Of a stretch of DNA of 64,000 nt, positions 39,907-55,000 are shown in pieces (positions within the stretch are counted from its first letter, which is position 1; the number at the start of each line of letters is the position of its first letter). Position numbers and translations under genes: made by a program. The notes under the pieces were generated by a model that saw only the letters and a list, made by a program, of their open reading frames with translations, searched no databases and was not told the DNA's origin. The stretch lies in the NCBI RefSeq assembly GCF_009914755.1, contig NC_060939.1. The stretch is one strand, 5' to 3'. Origin of the DNA: the human T2T-CHM13v2.0 reference genome, Homo sapiens.

Positions 39907-41475
39907 CAGCTGCCTTGAACATTCACTCCCCAAATATCAGGGGGGCTGGTTTCCTCCTCTCCTACAAGGATCGGTTCAAATGTCACCTTATCAGGGATAA
40001 CAATGAATATAACATAGCCCCCTACTGCTATATGTGTCTTCATAGAATTGTGTGTTTTTCTGTTTGTTTATTGTCTAAGATCCCCCACTAGAATATGAGT
40101 GCAGGGATGTTTATGTGTTTATTGCTACATGTCCAGGCTAGAATAGTGCTAGACACATAGTGGGCCATTCAATAACATTTGATAACTGAATGAATGAATG
40201 AATGAATGAAATGAGAGGAGACAATGAGCGGATGGAGCGGAAGAAGGGCAAGCTTGGAGGGCCACATCTGCACGTCCCTGAGGGCCTGTTCGCTTCCGTG
40301 GCGAGTAACCCTCTCCCATGTACCTGGCAATTCGTTGTGGAGGGGATGATTTTGCATCTGTGGTTTCTCTTGGTTCTTATGCCTGCCCTGACGTAGGTAT
40401 TTTATCCCAGCATTCTCCAGAGAAGGAAACTCAGGGCTAGCGAGGCAGGGGCTTTCCTGAAGTCACACCTTCTTAAGGCCTGGGCCTGTTTTTCTCTAAG
40501 TCAAGCACCCATTTTCATTTCCTGAGCAGCCTTTGCTGTTGTGCTGTTTGTTTGAATTCCAGGCAGTTAGTGCCTGGCTTTCACAGAGGGCTGGAGAGGA
40601 TGGGGTGGGGAAGAAACCAGAGCATGTCACCAAGGCCCTCACACTGGGCCCTGGGCGGACCCTTCCTTTGGTCCCGACAGCAGCGCTGTGACCAGCTGCA
40701 GCTTTCACAGGTATTCTCCTTCATGATCAGGGAGAACAGGGGAAACAGAAGGCAAGAAGCACAGAAACAGCCCAGGGTAGAGCCCCTCTCTAGCTCACGC
40801 TCCCTGATCTTAGACTGTGCCTTCTGCCACCACTGCCTCACTGGTAGCACCAGCCCTGCACTTAGGCACCCGCCCGTGCCAGCAGCTCAAACCCACCCCT
40901 TACTCACAGGGCTATGCAGAGTGAGTTCCTTAACTGCTGTAAACCTCCTCTGTCTGAAAGGTGGGAATCATCATCATAGTATCGCCTTCGTAGGCTTGTT
41001 GCAAGGATGAGACAGTCTTGACATAAACAACTGTTACTCCTCCGGCTTCCAGCCTGTGAGGCGGGTTCCATCTTAACATCTTCCCGCCCACCTCCTGACT
41101 CTGATTCACTGCTTTATGGAAGAGAACAGAAGAGTCAGATTACCCACCTAGAATCCCTCCATGAGGCATGGCTTTGCCCTTTGGTTCTCAAGACTGATCC
41201 CAATTCATATGTCACAGAAGCCACAGCATTCGCAGAGGAAGACCTGGACATTTCCTTCGGTAATGAGTGTTGTCCTGTCACACTGTGGTTCCTAAGTTTG
41301 GAAGCTAGAGTGGAAGGAATGGAGTTCACAGGATGAGAATATGCCCGAGGTGATGACATGGGCACTCAGCTTTGGAGTACCTGTGGTGGTCCTGCAGGAG
41401 ATCTTGCAGGCAGGTCTAGGGGGCCACTGGCAAGGCAAGCCTGACTTGCGGGAGAAAGGTGGTGGCTGGTGACTA

Positions 41476-41837
<362 letters not shown>

Positions 41838-42555
41838 AGCTGCCCAGGGAGAGCACAGAGCAGGAAGAGAAAAGGACCAGCGACAGAGCCCTGGGAGGCA
41901 CCATGGCAGGTAAGCAGTTTGGGCTTCACATGCAGCAGCAGACCACGCTGGACTCAAATCCTGTCCTCGCAGACCTTCTAGAGCTGCCACAAGCACACAG
42001 CATCCTTATCCACAGTAGACAGGACCACAGGAAAAAGAAAGCACCAATGGCATCAGTCACAAGCATGGGGCCAGTAAGACGCCATGAAAGAGAGGGTCAG
42101 AACCAGTTCTTGAACCAGGGTTTAGGATATGGATGGATGATAGAGAGATGGGTAGACACAGCATTTGCAAAGGAAGGAAGCAGGAAAATTAAGGACATCT
42201 GGGAAATGGAGAAATTGGTAATATCTGGCCAGAGGTACCTATAGAATAATGCAGACTTGAATTAGAATGCAGAAGAATTTAAAAAGTATATGGGTCACAG
42301 ATTGAAGTTTAGGGGGATTTTGAAATGTATGCGAAGATGGCAGACACCGAGATGGAGATTAGTGTGCAAGACAATTATCAGGCAGAGCTCCTGAAAGAAA
42401 CACCTGTGAAAGGGAAGAAAAAGAAGCAGAACTGGGCAAGGGAGAAGCTGGGGTGCCTCGCTGGGCTGTGATGAGATCTCAACAAAGGACTCAGGCAACC
42501 TCACAGGGAGGTCTGGAGCTTGGGCAGCCCTTCAGTTCAGTTTCCCTGTCAGGGG

Positions 42556-43386
<831 letters not shown>

Positions 43387-44558
43387 GGAAGCCAGGCCTT
43401 TCTACCATGCATGATCCGTCACTGGCTGTGGACTGCCTCTGGAAGGATGGGTGTCCTCGGGGGAGCCAGCTGTCTTCAGCTGAAGCAATCCTCAAAGAGG
43501 GCTGACAGCTGAGGGCCATTCTCTGGCAGCACTCCCAGCAGCTGGGGGATTAGATTCTTTATTCCTGAAGGGGATCTGGGTGGCACGTTAGAGCAGCCAC
43601 TTCCCTGACCCTCAGTTTTCCCATCTACATAGTGGGAATAACAATAAGACCTATCTCATAAGGTTATTAGGAGATTAAATTAGATGATCATACTAATAGC
43701 GAACATTAGTGAGCACTCACTGTATACATGCCAGACACATCAAGTACCTGAGTTCATATTCAGGTGCCCAGCATATTGTAAGCCCCTGGCAAACAGTACT
43801 TATTATTAGTGGATGTGTCCAAGGTCACCCAGCTGTCACAACCAGGACAGAACCCAGATCTCCTGACTCTTGGGCCAATGCTTCTTCTGTAATAGGTCCC
43901 TCCTGCATGTACCTAAATATGTCTTCTTTTCATGATGGCCATAGTAATTTCATGCAATGAAACAAAATTTGTGCTGCACAAAAGAAATGCTATTTTGCCT
44001 CATCATCTGAAAGGAAGAGCTGTGAGTTGTCTGAAATTCATTCACACTCTCTCAGGCAGACCCTGTGTGACCAAAGTCATTAATTTGTGGGACAGGCTGG
44101 GGCAGGAGAGGCTGGGCACAGCTCCCTGCTGCATACAGCTAATTGGCCTCTGCGGCCCCACGTTCCAGTCCCAGCATCTGCTGACATGGCATTCCTAAGA
44201 AGAGGGGAGAGGCCAGATACTATCATTTTAAAGAGGACAAAGTGAAGGACAGAGAGATTAGCTGATCTGCCCCCTTAATTATGCGGTGAGCTCGCAATGG
44301 AGCCAAGGATTGAATCCAGATTTCTCAAGTCCCAGATGGGTTTTTTCATCAGGAGGTCCTGCCACATTCCTTCTCTTGGAACCGCCCCCTCTCTGGATCC
44401 CAGAAACACATACCTGGGTTGAGTTCGTGAGTTTGTGTGTGTCTCTGTTCCCTTCATGTTATCTTGATTCTTAAAAAGAAAGGAAAAAAATGCACTTACC
44501 CTTAGAAAATGATCACTTAATTGAGATTAGTAGGAGGATGCACACATTTCTTAAATGC

Positions 44559-44869
<311 letters not shown>

Positions 44870-45136
44870 TAACTGCTTTTAACCACCTTTATTTTTCAAG
44901 AATTTTTGGCTTGACACATCCAGAGCCCAAACAGAAGAGGTCTTCAGATTTGACCCACGCATTTCTTGCCAGAAGAATTTATATATGAAGGCGTTGTGCA
45001 AGTTATTAATGTTAAAAGGAATTTCCTCCTCCAGTAAAAAATCTGAAATAAAATTAATATTGGCACAATCTGAGACTAAGAAGAGACACTGGCCATCCAG
45101 GAGTTTCCATAGGCCACGCTCCAATGTGAGCTTTCA

Positions 45137-45149
45137 CCACTAGAGGGCG
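45137..45149 (+). promoter_or_regulatory. Candidate CTCF site CCACTAGAGGGCG
   Basis: Near-ideal match to the CTCF core consensus in non-repeat DNA. Confidence 0.65.
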
Positions 45150-48100
45150 TGATCTGAATTGTGCACTCAGCGTTTCTTCCAAGAGTAATCGTTCCCAACA
45201 AGGTAATTTACCAAAGAATTACTTACTGTCGACTTTAGATACATATCCCAATTATGTCTCCCCTCCCAACTAAATTCTAGATTTAAAAAGTATGGACAAT
45301 ATAAGAAACAAAGCAATTTGCAAACGTTTATCTAACTGACCACATTGTTTCTATTTTGGTTACTCTTTTTGGGAAACCGCCAAAGTAAATACCCTCCTGT
45401 GAGTTGGCTTGGGGTCATCCGGCCTGGTCTCCTCTGCCCAGCCCCTTTATCTCAGCCTGGATCTTCTTTGGAAACAGAAATCATTTTCTCTTCCATCTTC
45501 TGGTGTTGAGGTTTAGTCATTCTTTCCTTCAAAGAGCTGAGAAGTCCTTTAAAAGCAAGACACAGCTTGTTGGTTGGTTCATTTGGTCATTCATTCATTC
45601 CATGGATGTTCACGAACATGAACATACCATGTGATAGACTGTAGAGCTAATTCCTTGACCTCTTAAAATGAACAGTGTAGGGGGAAACCGTAATAGTTAA
45701 AAATAGGGAAATGTACTGAAGGGTGCTATGGAAGCATGAATTCTACTTGCCCCTGCTCACCTTCACAAAGGTAACTGATCATCCATACTCAAAAGAGACC
45801 ACACAGTGCTAGAATTCTCATGGCACATCACCAGGTAATGCTGCATTACCTCCACTGTTGGCTTTAAAAGTGTATTTCCTTTAGGCTAAACTTGTAGTAA
45901 AAATAAATCTATTAGCAGGAGAGCAACAAAAGTGCTCTGAGGAGAAAAGTCCTGGGCTATTGGGCTAGGAATCAAGATATATTGGGTGGTGGGGAAGGGG
46001 GTGGGAGGGGAGGTTACAGCTTGAGGGGGTGGGGCAGAATTCTTGCTTTGCTGTTAGCAAATTGAGTGCTTGGCCAAGTCAGTTGACTTCTTGGGATTTG
46101 CATTGTCCAGTTTCTAAAATGAAGGAGTTGAACCTGGTCAACGTGTTCCAAAATGTGTCTCTTAAAACAGAAATCTTGAGAAAAACGGAATTTGGGGATC
46201 AGATGGGTTTCGGAAATATAGCGTAATATCTGCCCCTTTTCACCCACTCTCCCATGGTAATTCCAAATCACCTGAGCTTATTAAAGGTTTGAGAGGTCCT
46301 AGAGTAAAAAGCCTGCTTAACTTTATTTAATTCAGTGTTTCCCAAATGTATTTGCCTGGAGATTCAGTTTTATGTGATAGCTATTAATGTAGAAATGCTG
46401 GACTAGATATTCATTGAAAAGCCGATAAACATTTATTGAATGACTACTTTGCGCTAGGAAGCCACCTCTCTGGCTGTATTACATGAGTCTGTGAATTTTA
46501 TGATTTAATCAAGTAAACAGGAGATTTTCCTGTAGGTTACATCTTCTAATTAATCTGTTCACAGTTTCCAGAAGATACTGTGTTGTATCATTAGTGGTTT
46601 TTCACATTTGTAGCAAACTTTTTCTTCACTTTATATTGGAGTTCAAAACAGATTTAATTCTTTTTAATTAACATGGTGAACAGCAGAGGATAAATAGTGT
46701 TGACCCCTTGCTGGTCTTAACTCCCCATCTGATCGTAGCTTGGACCAACCTTCAGATGCACTGGGCTCTTTTGAATGTTTATGCAAATTTCATTTATTCA
46801 TGTCCCCCCTTTTTTTGGGTTCTAGGTACTTTAACAATTTGGATAAAATTCATTTGGTTTTGGAAAGGAGAAACTTTTAGTACATGCTTTCTTTTGTGCA
46901 GCTGATGAAAAAAATCCCCATCTGGTTCGCTAAAAAATACAATCGTGTTGTCTTTTGCCACTTTCACACGAAGGAAAAGGACATCATATAATCTATCTTT
47001 AGAATGTTCTCCCAGGTGTCTTACTCTGCAGAAACTTTAGGAAGTGAGTTTTGACAGAGGGCCTGGTTTCCTTTACTTTAAAGTCATTTTACTTTAGGTT
47101 TGCAAAAGAAGACAGGGTACATGACAGAGAGGGAGGGGAGAGAATGCACATGGGCCATGGTGAAAAATCCCATTGCTGATTCTAACTTTGCCTTACATAA
47201 CATTAGGAGAAAAGAATAGGCAGGAAGTTGGAATCTGCAAGTAAGACACTCTAAAATCTGGATTCTGTATTCTTTTTTATTCTCTTAAATTGACTCAATG
47301 CTGCTGGTTGTAATGTCTAAGTGATAGCTGCTGATAAATATTATCTTTGTGAACACACAGGGCATCATCAAATGTCAAGTCTGCAGACTCATTTTTTATG
47401 CAAGCCTAGCAGATTTTTGTGGATATGGGCCAGGAATTTTAATGAAAGAAAACATCAAAGATGCAAAAGAAATGAGAATATTAGTCAAGGAAGATACACA
47501 GCGATGCTCTCTGATAACCCCTAGTATTGACATTAGAACTCTGTGGGAGCAACTTAAATAAACATCTGGACACTGAGTTTAGACATTTTCAGTGACAAAT
47601 CCCAGACAGATCTTTTCGACTTGCAATAATAAATATTTCAGAGGCTATATGAATCAACTGAAAATCCTGTTTTCAATTATTCTAGTTTTATAAATAGAGC
47701 ATAATTATTCAAGTATAGAATTTCTTTTGAAGATTAGGCGAATTTTATATTTCCTTTGTCCATATTATACTTCAGTTTTATTATTCATATCAAATTTATG
47801 TCTGTGTGTTCAAAAATAATATAGTTAGCTTGCCAGATACTATTAAATCAGAATCCAGCTGAGCTTGATTTTTTGTTACTTTATTTTCAGGAAAGACCGT
47901 TTTACAGCCCTCAGTACCGCAGTTCCATGAACTTGCTCAGCTTGGCAGCCGCAGCTAAGGACACCCGTGGTAGTAAAAGCGGGAAGATGGGCTCCCTGGC
48001 TCTTCTTACCAAACTCTGATTGTTTGGAGCAGTTTGACCATCATTTAGCCAGGAAGACACCAGAAGGATGGCGTGCTGGTAATGCTTCAAGACAGCCAAA

Positions 48101-50689
48101 CTTTATAAAAAACCTGGTGGAAGTAAATATAGCTAGGCAGTCAGTGACCAAAGCTACTCGGATGGGCCTGTTGATTGCTATTGTAAATTTTCTAATATGA
48201 ATACAGGCTTTTCTCTAGAGATTGAAAATAAGAAAGGAAAGTGAACCGTGATGAATTGCGTATATTACCTCCCGAGAGCCTAAACGCTCACATGTTAAAA
48301 GTTAGCATCTGCGGCAGGTAGTCCTTAATATTTATGATCCGCTCTGGCATTGAGAATGGGACATGAGAGGGACATAATGGTTAGAGACTGGCTAGATAAC
48401 TCTCGTTACTTGGTGCTTGCCAGGGTATCCTTTGTGAAATAGTTATGTACACTCGTGCTTTTCCTCCCAGTCCCTGAATAGAATGACACTTATGGACCGG
48501 GACTGCCTCATGCTTGGGTCTGACAAAGATGCCCTTTTAAAATGCTTTGATTAAAGAAGCCCTAGTTCTGCTTCTGACAGTTTCAGGGGAAGGAAGCTTT
48601 AGGCAAGCCACAATGTTTCTATTCATCCACTATCAAATCTATAATTTGATAATAGTAGCTAGTGTTCACTGAGCCCCTACTAAATGCAAAACACTTATTA
48701 GGACCTACATTAAGGAAATACATGTATATAATATAAAAAGTCACATAGAACTAGAAGTCTTATGAGGAAAAACAGAAATCCTCTTCTCAGTCTCATTCCA
48801 TCCCTAAAGCAACTACTTTAGTTATTTCTCAGTGATTTATCTCCAGATTTATAAATAATGTGCTTATAGTACTATTGTTTCATTTCTAAGATAGACATTA
48901 TCTACTGGATGAAGAGTGTGGTTTAGGTCTTATACTTCATCCATTCCCATTCTCTTACACTTCCACTCCCTTCATCCTTTCTATTTTAAATTAAATATTC
49001 AGTGTTTATATTATAATGACTATAAATAATATTTTTATTAATATTTTCAAAGTGTAGTGAGTTTCCTTCTTTACATGACTTGAGTTTGCTTTGGAATCTA
49101 TAATCACTTTGTTTGTTTAATTTTCTATGTGTCTAAAAATGAAGTCTCAAATTTTCCAACAGAAGCATAGAGCTCCTTTCTGTATTGTCAAATGAGTCAA
49201 ACAAACTATTATTCCATTCTCTTTGACTTGGAGGCTTCCCTGCTGGAGTTCTCCGTCCTTCTGCATTCTGGCCCGATGGGTCTAGTGATCTACCACACTC
49301 TGTCATTCTGAGATTTCCCTTCACTCTGACCCAAGGAATTCTCTTTACCACACTCCTGTATATGATCTGCTTTCTGGATCTCATGTCTTCATCTTTCTCA
49401 TTTTTCTCTCCAATGTTGAGAAAACACATTTTTCAGCAAATATGAAAGTTGCAAAAAGGCAGCATGGGAGACGAATTTTTCCATACCTTGTATGTTTGAT
49501 GATTTGATTTGTAGTTTGGCTGGGTATAGAATTCTAAGTAGGAAATCATCCCCCACTTAGGATCTGGAATGCATTAATGACTCTACTGTCTTTTAGCTTC
49601 GAGTTATGGAGGAATTCAATGGCATTCTGATTCCATATCCTTTACATGTGACTCCCCGCACCCCTTTCTCACTCTTCCTCTCTCTTCTGCACTCAACATT
49701 TAGGTCTTTTTTCTTTTTAATCTCTAGGATATTAAAATTCCATGAAGAACTCACTCAATCACTTTGGTGTGAGCACCCTCCACCCCTTCTTTTTTGTGGA
49801 GATGTGGGGAGAGCTGGTGATTGTTGGGCTCCTTTAATCTAGGAAAGTCTGTCTTAATTTCTGAAAAATTTTTCTTATATTAGTTAGTTGATAATTTACT
49901 CCTTGCCAGTTTCTGTCTTCTCATGTTGGAACTTCTGTTAGTCAGGTATTGGATCTCCTGGATAATTACTGTAATATTTTAATTCATTATAGTTTTCAAA
50001 AATTCTCTCTTTGAATTATCTGTTTCTTTCAAGTGCTTCCTTCCTGCCCCGCCCCCTGCACCCCATTTGCTTTTGGTCTCTATCATGTTAGAGGCTCTCT
50101 TCTAATCTCTTCTATCCTTGCTGTCAGGTGAATTACTAAAAGGTTGCGGGGAGGTTCTGTGGGTGGGCCTGGAGTGAGGGGGCACCCAGCCTTTATTTAG
50201 GAGATCCTCAGGTGTCAGCATCTGTCCCTCTATCAGGTTCTTTGGAAAGTCCCCTGCCTTTAGGGTGTGTCCCTGGCTGCCAGCATTTGGGGGATGGTGC
50301 TAGGACTCTCCCATTCAGCTTGCAGTCATTCATTCTATCCCCCTATTTCTGATAAATTGCCCCACCCTTCCTTCAGCATGCACCCTTGTGTATGCTTGAG
50401 TGTCTACTGAGTGTCCTCGAGTTCACCCCTCTCTGGTCTCTCTCACCAGCTGCAGGGGTTGGACAAACGGGTGTGGGGGTCTCTCCACACTTCATGCACA
50501 TCATGAGCAAGTCCTATGGATTTTTGGCCCGCCTCTCAGTCTGACTTACAGAGGATCTCACTGCCTCCCTCTCTGAACCTTTCTAGGATTCAGTGGTGTA
50601 AATTGGCTTGCTTTGTATTGGTTTCTCCCCTCTGCAGACAGTTTCATGTTAGCTTTCTTTACACTAATGAAGGGGTAGATGAGTTGGTA

Positions 50690-50690
<1 letters not shown>

Positions 50691-50726
<36 letters not shown>

Positions 50727-51009
50727 TTGAGATGGAGTCTTGCTCTGTTGCCCAGGCTGGAGTGCAGTGGCGAGATCTCGGCTCACTGCATGCTCCGCTT
50801 CCTGGGTTCGCACCGTTCTCCTGCCTCAGCCTCCTGAGTAGCTGGGACTACAGGTGCCCGCCACCACGCCCAGTTAATTTTTCGTATTTTTAGTAGAGAC
50901 GGGGTTTCACCATGTTAGCCAGGATGGTCTCGATCTCCTGACCTCGTGATCTGCCCGCCTCGGCCTCCCAAAGTGCTGGGATTACAGACGTGAGCCACCA
51001 CGCCCGGCC
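50691..51009 (-). mobile_element. Young Alu (AluY/Sc-like) with (TAT)n tail
   Basis: Full Alu; TSD atgagttggtatttt. Confidence 0.95.
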
Positions 51010-51289
51010 ATGAGTTGGTATTTTTAATACTATTTTTTTCAATCTATGTTCATTTCAGCAGGGCTGCAGGGTAGAATGAATTTAAATGCATGCTTCAATC
51101 TGCATTGTCTAAGTGGAAGTCTTAAACCATCAATGCAACAACCTCATAATGTGAATATTATCCCCATTTTACAGATGGTGAAACAAGCATAGTGTAGGCC
51201 AAACAGCTAGGAATTGAGAGAGTTGGATCTTAAGGCCAGATGTGTCTGACCTTGTGCCTTGGAGGACTGAACTTAGTCATCTCCAAAGC

Positions 51290-51468
51290 AGTGGTTCTCA
51301 ACTCTATTTGACATTAGAGCCACCCAGGGAGCTGTAAGAAATGCTAATACCTAGGCTACACTGAAACCAATTAAATCAGAATATCTAAGGATGAACTCCA
51401 AGCACTGATATTTTTTACAGCTCCCCTGGGAAATTCTAATGTGCTTCCTGGATTGAGAACTGATGCTC
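51290..51468. mobile_element. MER5A-like hAT MITE
   Basis: cagtggttctcaact...attaaatcagaatatct...ttgagaactgatg. Confidence 0.7.
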
Positions 51469-51627
51469 TGAATGTTCTTCCAGCTCTAGGGTTCTATCAC
51501 TTTCCTTTTAGAGCAGAGGATTAGTGTGCAGTGTGACAGTCTGAATCTGTCTGGGAGGCTCCTCAGGCCATTTCCTCAATCGCCTTCCATCCTTTCCTCC
51601 TTGGGCACTTTTTTACTGGCTTTATTC

Positions 51628-52070
51628 AGAGAGAGATGTCAATTTAGCAAATAAAAATACAGGACACCCAGTTAAATTTGAATTTCACAATGAGAACACA
51701 TGGACACAGGGAGGGGAACATCACACACCGGGGCCTGTTGGGGGGTGGGGGGCAGGGGGAAGGGAGAGCATTAGGACAAATACCTAATGCATGTGGGGCT
51801 TAAAACCTAGATGACGGGTTGATAGGTGCAGCAAACCACCACGGCACATGTATACCTGTGTAACAAACCTGCACATTCTGCACATGTATCTCAGAACTTA
51901 AAGTTAAAAAAAAAGCAAATTTGAATTTCAGATAACAATGAATACTTTTTAAAGTATAACGTTGCATGTAATATTTGTGACATACTGTACTTTACTGAAA
52001 AATTATTTGTTGATTCTTTGAAATGCAAATTGAACGGAGTGTTCCTTATTTCATCCGGCCACCCTATATT
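51628..52070. mobile_element. MER33-like hAT element interrupted by an L1PA 3' end
   Basis: atttagcaaataaaaatacaggacacccagttaaatttgaatttcagataa. Confidence 0.7.
51688..51916 (+). mobile_element. 5'-truncated primate L1PA (PA7-like) 3' end
   Basis: L1 3' UTR with G-tract and A-tail; TSD aaatttgaatttca at 51674-51687 and 51917-51930. Confidence 0.92.
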
Positions 52071-55000
52071 CAGAGCCCCAGTGTGCAGAGCAATGGAGGT
52101 TGGTGGGAGCTTTCCTCTGGAAGTAGTCCAACTTCGGGTCTTCTGTGCCCCCACAGGCTCCCCTGGGCATGGCCGCCCCTCCCGGAGGAGAATCCAGTGC
52201 CTGGGCAGAAATGATGCTCCCATTTTGCTTCCTTTCCCTCTTATAAATAGTATAAGTATTCTCAATGCCAGCTTAAATGCTACCTTTTCCAATATATCTT
52301 CCCCACGTTTTCTGGTGTCCCCATAACACTTTGTTTGGTAGTCATTAACAGTTGCAGTTATGGAGCTTCATGCCCCATGTTGTGAGATGGTACCTGCCTG
52401 CCTCCACCATGTGACTGAAAGCATCTCCAGGGAAGATGTCTTGTAGTTCACCTTCCCGTGCCCTCACCACTTGTGTCTCCAGGTTTCCAGGGTTTGGTAG
52501 TGGGACATGGGGGCCCCTAGGAATGTGGTTGAGAAGTTATGTCTTCATTGCCCTTAGGCTTCTCCCCTAACCCCTAACAGCTTTCCCCTACTTTGGCAAA
52601 TCTCCTTTTCCTGTCAAGCAAGACGTTAGGGCATACACCTTAAGGGGGCAGTCACTCTCAGGGAAGTGCAGGTTCAGGGTCAGTACTCGTATGGCCCTGA
52701 GACTGAGGGTCACCTTAAATTTTACACCCCTCGCCTGGCTTGCCCCACCCCAGGCTGGCCCTGCCTCTTTGGGAAGGCAGCACCCACCCCTTGGCCCAAA
52801 ATAAAACAGGCCTTGGATCACTCAAGTAGCGAGGTGTGTTTCAGAAGCTCCATGTGCTTGGTTTTTGTCCCCCTTGCCCATCCACTGCATGTGGATGCTG
52901 AGATCTGTTTCTTTGGTCCATAGGCCACCATTGCATTGCCAGCACATGAGAGTAGGTGTGTGAAATGTACACCCTGGGTACACAGAATTGCCTGCAGACA
53001 AATATTTATTGACAGTTAAGAAAATGCATTAAGAATGAGCATCAGTTCCTGTCCTTAAGGTATGTAAGAGTCTTATACTTTATGGTATGAAAGAGTCTTA
53101 ATTATATACCTTTTATATTCTATGCCTCTCTGTTAACAAAAATATATTCCCTCCAAAAAGAAAAAAATCACAGAGCTTTCTATTCTGCATTATCTTGAAT
53201 AGAAATAGGGTCACTGATGCCCTTTACAGACTGTGCTGCTGTAGAAAGCCCATAACCTTACAGACTTTGGTTTCTTCATTTGTACAACCAAGGGGGGTCA
53301 GGTGAAACAATCTCTGGAACCCCTCTGTATTTTAAAAGTTCCACAATTTCCCTATCTTTGTATTTCATTGTCTACTAAACTGGTACTTAAGTCTTATGAA
53401 GCAACAAAAATATTTCAATTTTGGATATCTTTCTTGGTTCATCACTTAATCTAGTTCCATATCCTGGCATACTGCTTTGTCTAAAACCTATATTTTAATT
53501 TTTTTAAATGCAATTTATCCTTTATAACTCTTTTTCATGTCCCATAAAAATGATGGATAAGGGAAGGTAGATAAAGCTGCAGATCAAACTGAAATTCTGA
53601 TAATCTAATAAATGCTTTGAGCACCAATCTTGCAGTTTACGACCTCTTGCCAATTGATTTATGGCCCCGTAGTAAATTTTCTCTCCCACTTATCAAATAT
53701 TTATTGGAACATCTTGTTCTTAACAGACAAAGTACTGTATAAAACATCTGTCAAAACAAAAGCCAATTCAATTAAATATCTTTTACTTCCAAATCTACTT
53801 CTCTGGTTCTCTCCAGCATCCAGATTGCAAAACAACAAGTCGTGTTATGCACAATCTTTGAGCAAGTTTTCAGAAGCAAAAAATGTGTACTAAAGTTAAT
53901 TTGAAAGGAGTGAAAAATCCCCATTTACTTCATAGTGGAGGGCTGGCCCACCCAGTGACTCCTGATCTTTTCATCAGTTATGGCTCTGTTACTCATTTTC
54001 CCCTCACAGACCCTATAATTTGCAAGATTTTCTTGAGAAACAAACTTCATTTACTTGGTAGTCACTCGTTTATTATTAATCCAAAGATGTATTCACCACT
54101 AGCTCCCCTTGTTAGTCAATGATAATCCATGTCCAGTCACAGAGTTGATATAATTCCAGCTAAAACAAAGGAAAATAAATGTAAGTACAATTTCTTTTGG
54201 CATTTTGAAATACTAAAATAATCTAAGGGTCTCTCTGTTACTGTCTTTGAAGAAACAACTAAGCAAGTGTAAACTCAGAAATTTTTCACTCAGATTCTCT
54301 TTTTTTCTACTGTCAGCTCCCACCAGAAAAAAAGAAAACAGCATTTAATTTTCCAAGAGTGGTAGTGGTAAGAGAGGACTTTGGGCTTTTTGTAGCAGAG
54401 GTTCGCATCTGTACTTCCTTGAACATTTTCTTTGTGTATGAGTGAGAAATGCTCAAATTTGTGTCCTCCACCCCTCTTTTTGACCTGCAAACCTCTGAGC
54501 TACGTTCTGAAGGTCAGTCTATGGAAGATTTGAATGTGTGGCTTAGTGAGCCTGACTCGTAAGATTTCCATAGTTTAAATTTCTCCAGAATTCAAGGTTC
54601 CAATATTATTGTTGTTGCTAAATGCTCCCCAAATGTAGCATGGATCAATGACATATTGAAAGCATATGTATGTTTACCTCCATATTGATGTCATTTCCTA
54701 TAACATCGGGAATTATGTGTGAAGTGCAGGAGGCGGGGTGCAAGTGAGGAGATGTGACAAGCAGAAGCAAATGCAAAATGTATTCCAAGAGATGGCTCAA
54801 TAGGATTTTCAAGGCTAAAGTTGAAATCTGAAATATACACTCGACTTAAAGAAAAGACGAGGCATTCTGTGGATGGGCTTTAGTAGTACCGGAGCCATTT
54901 TCTCTTCCATGTATGAAAATTTCTTTTCCATGGGAAATTTTGGAAACAGTCTTAGCTGGAAAGTCATATTAATTGCCACAATCGTAGCTACTTTCCCCCT

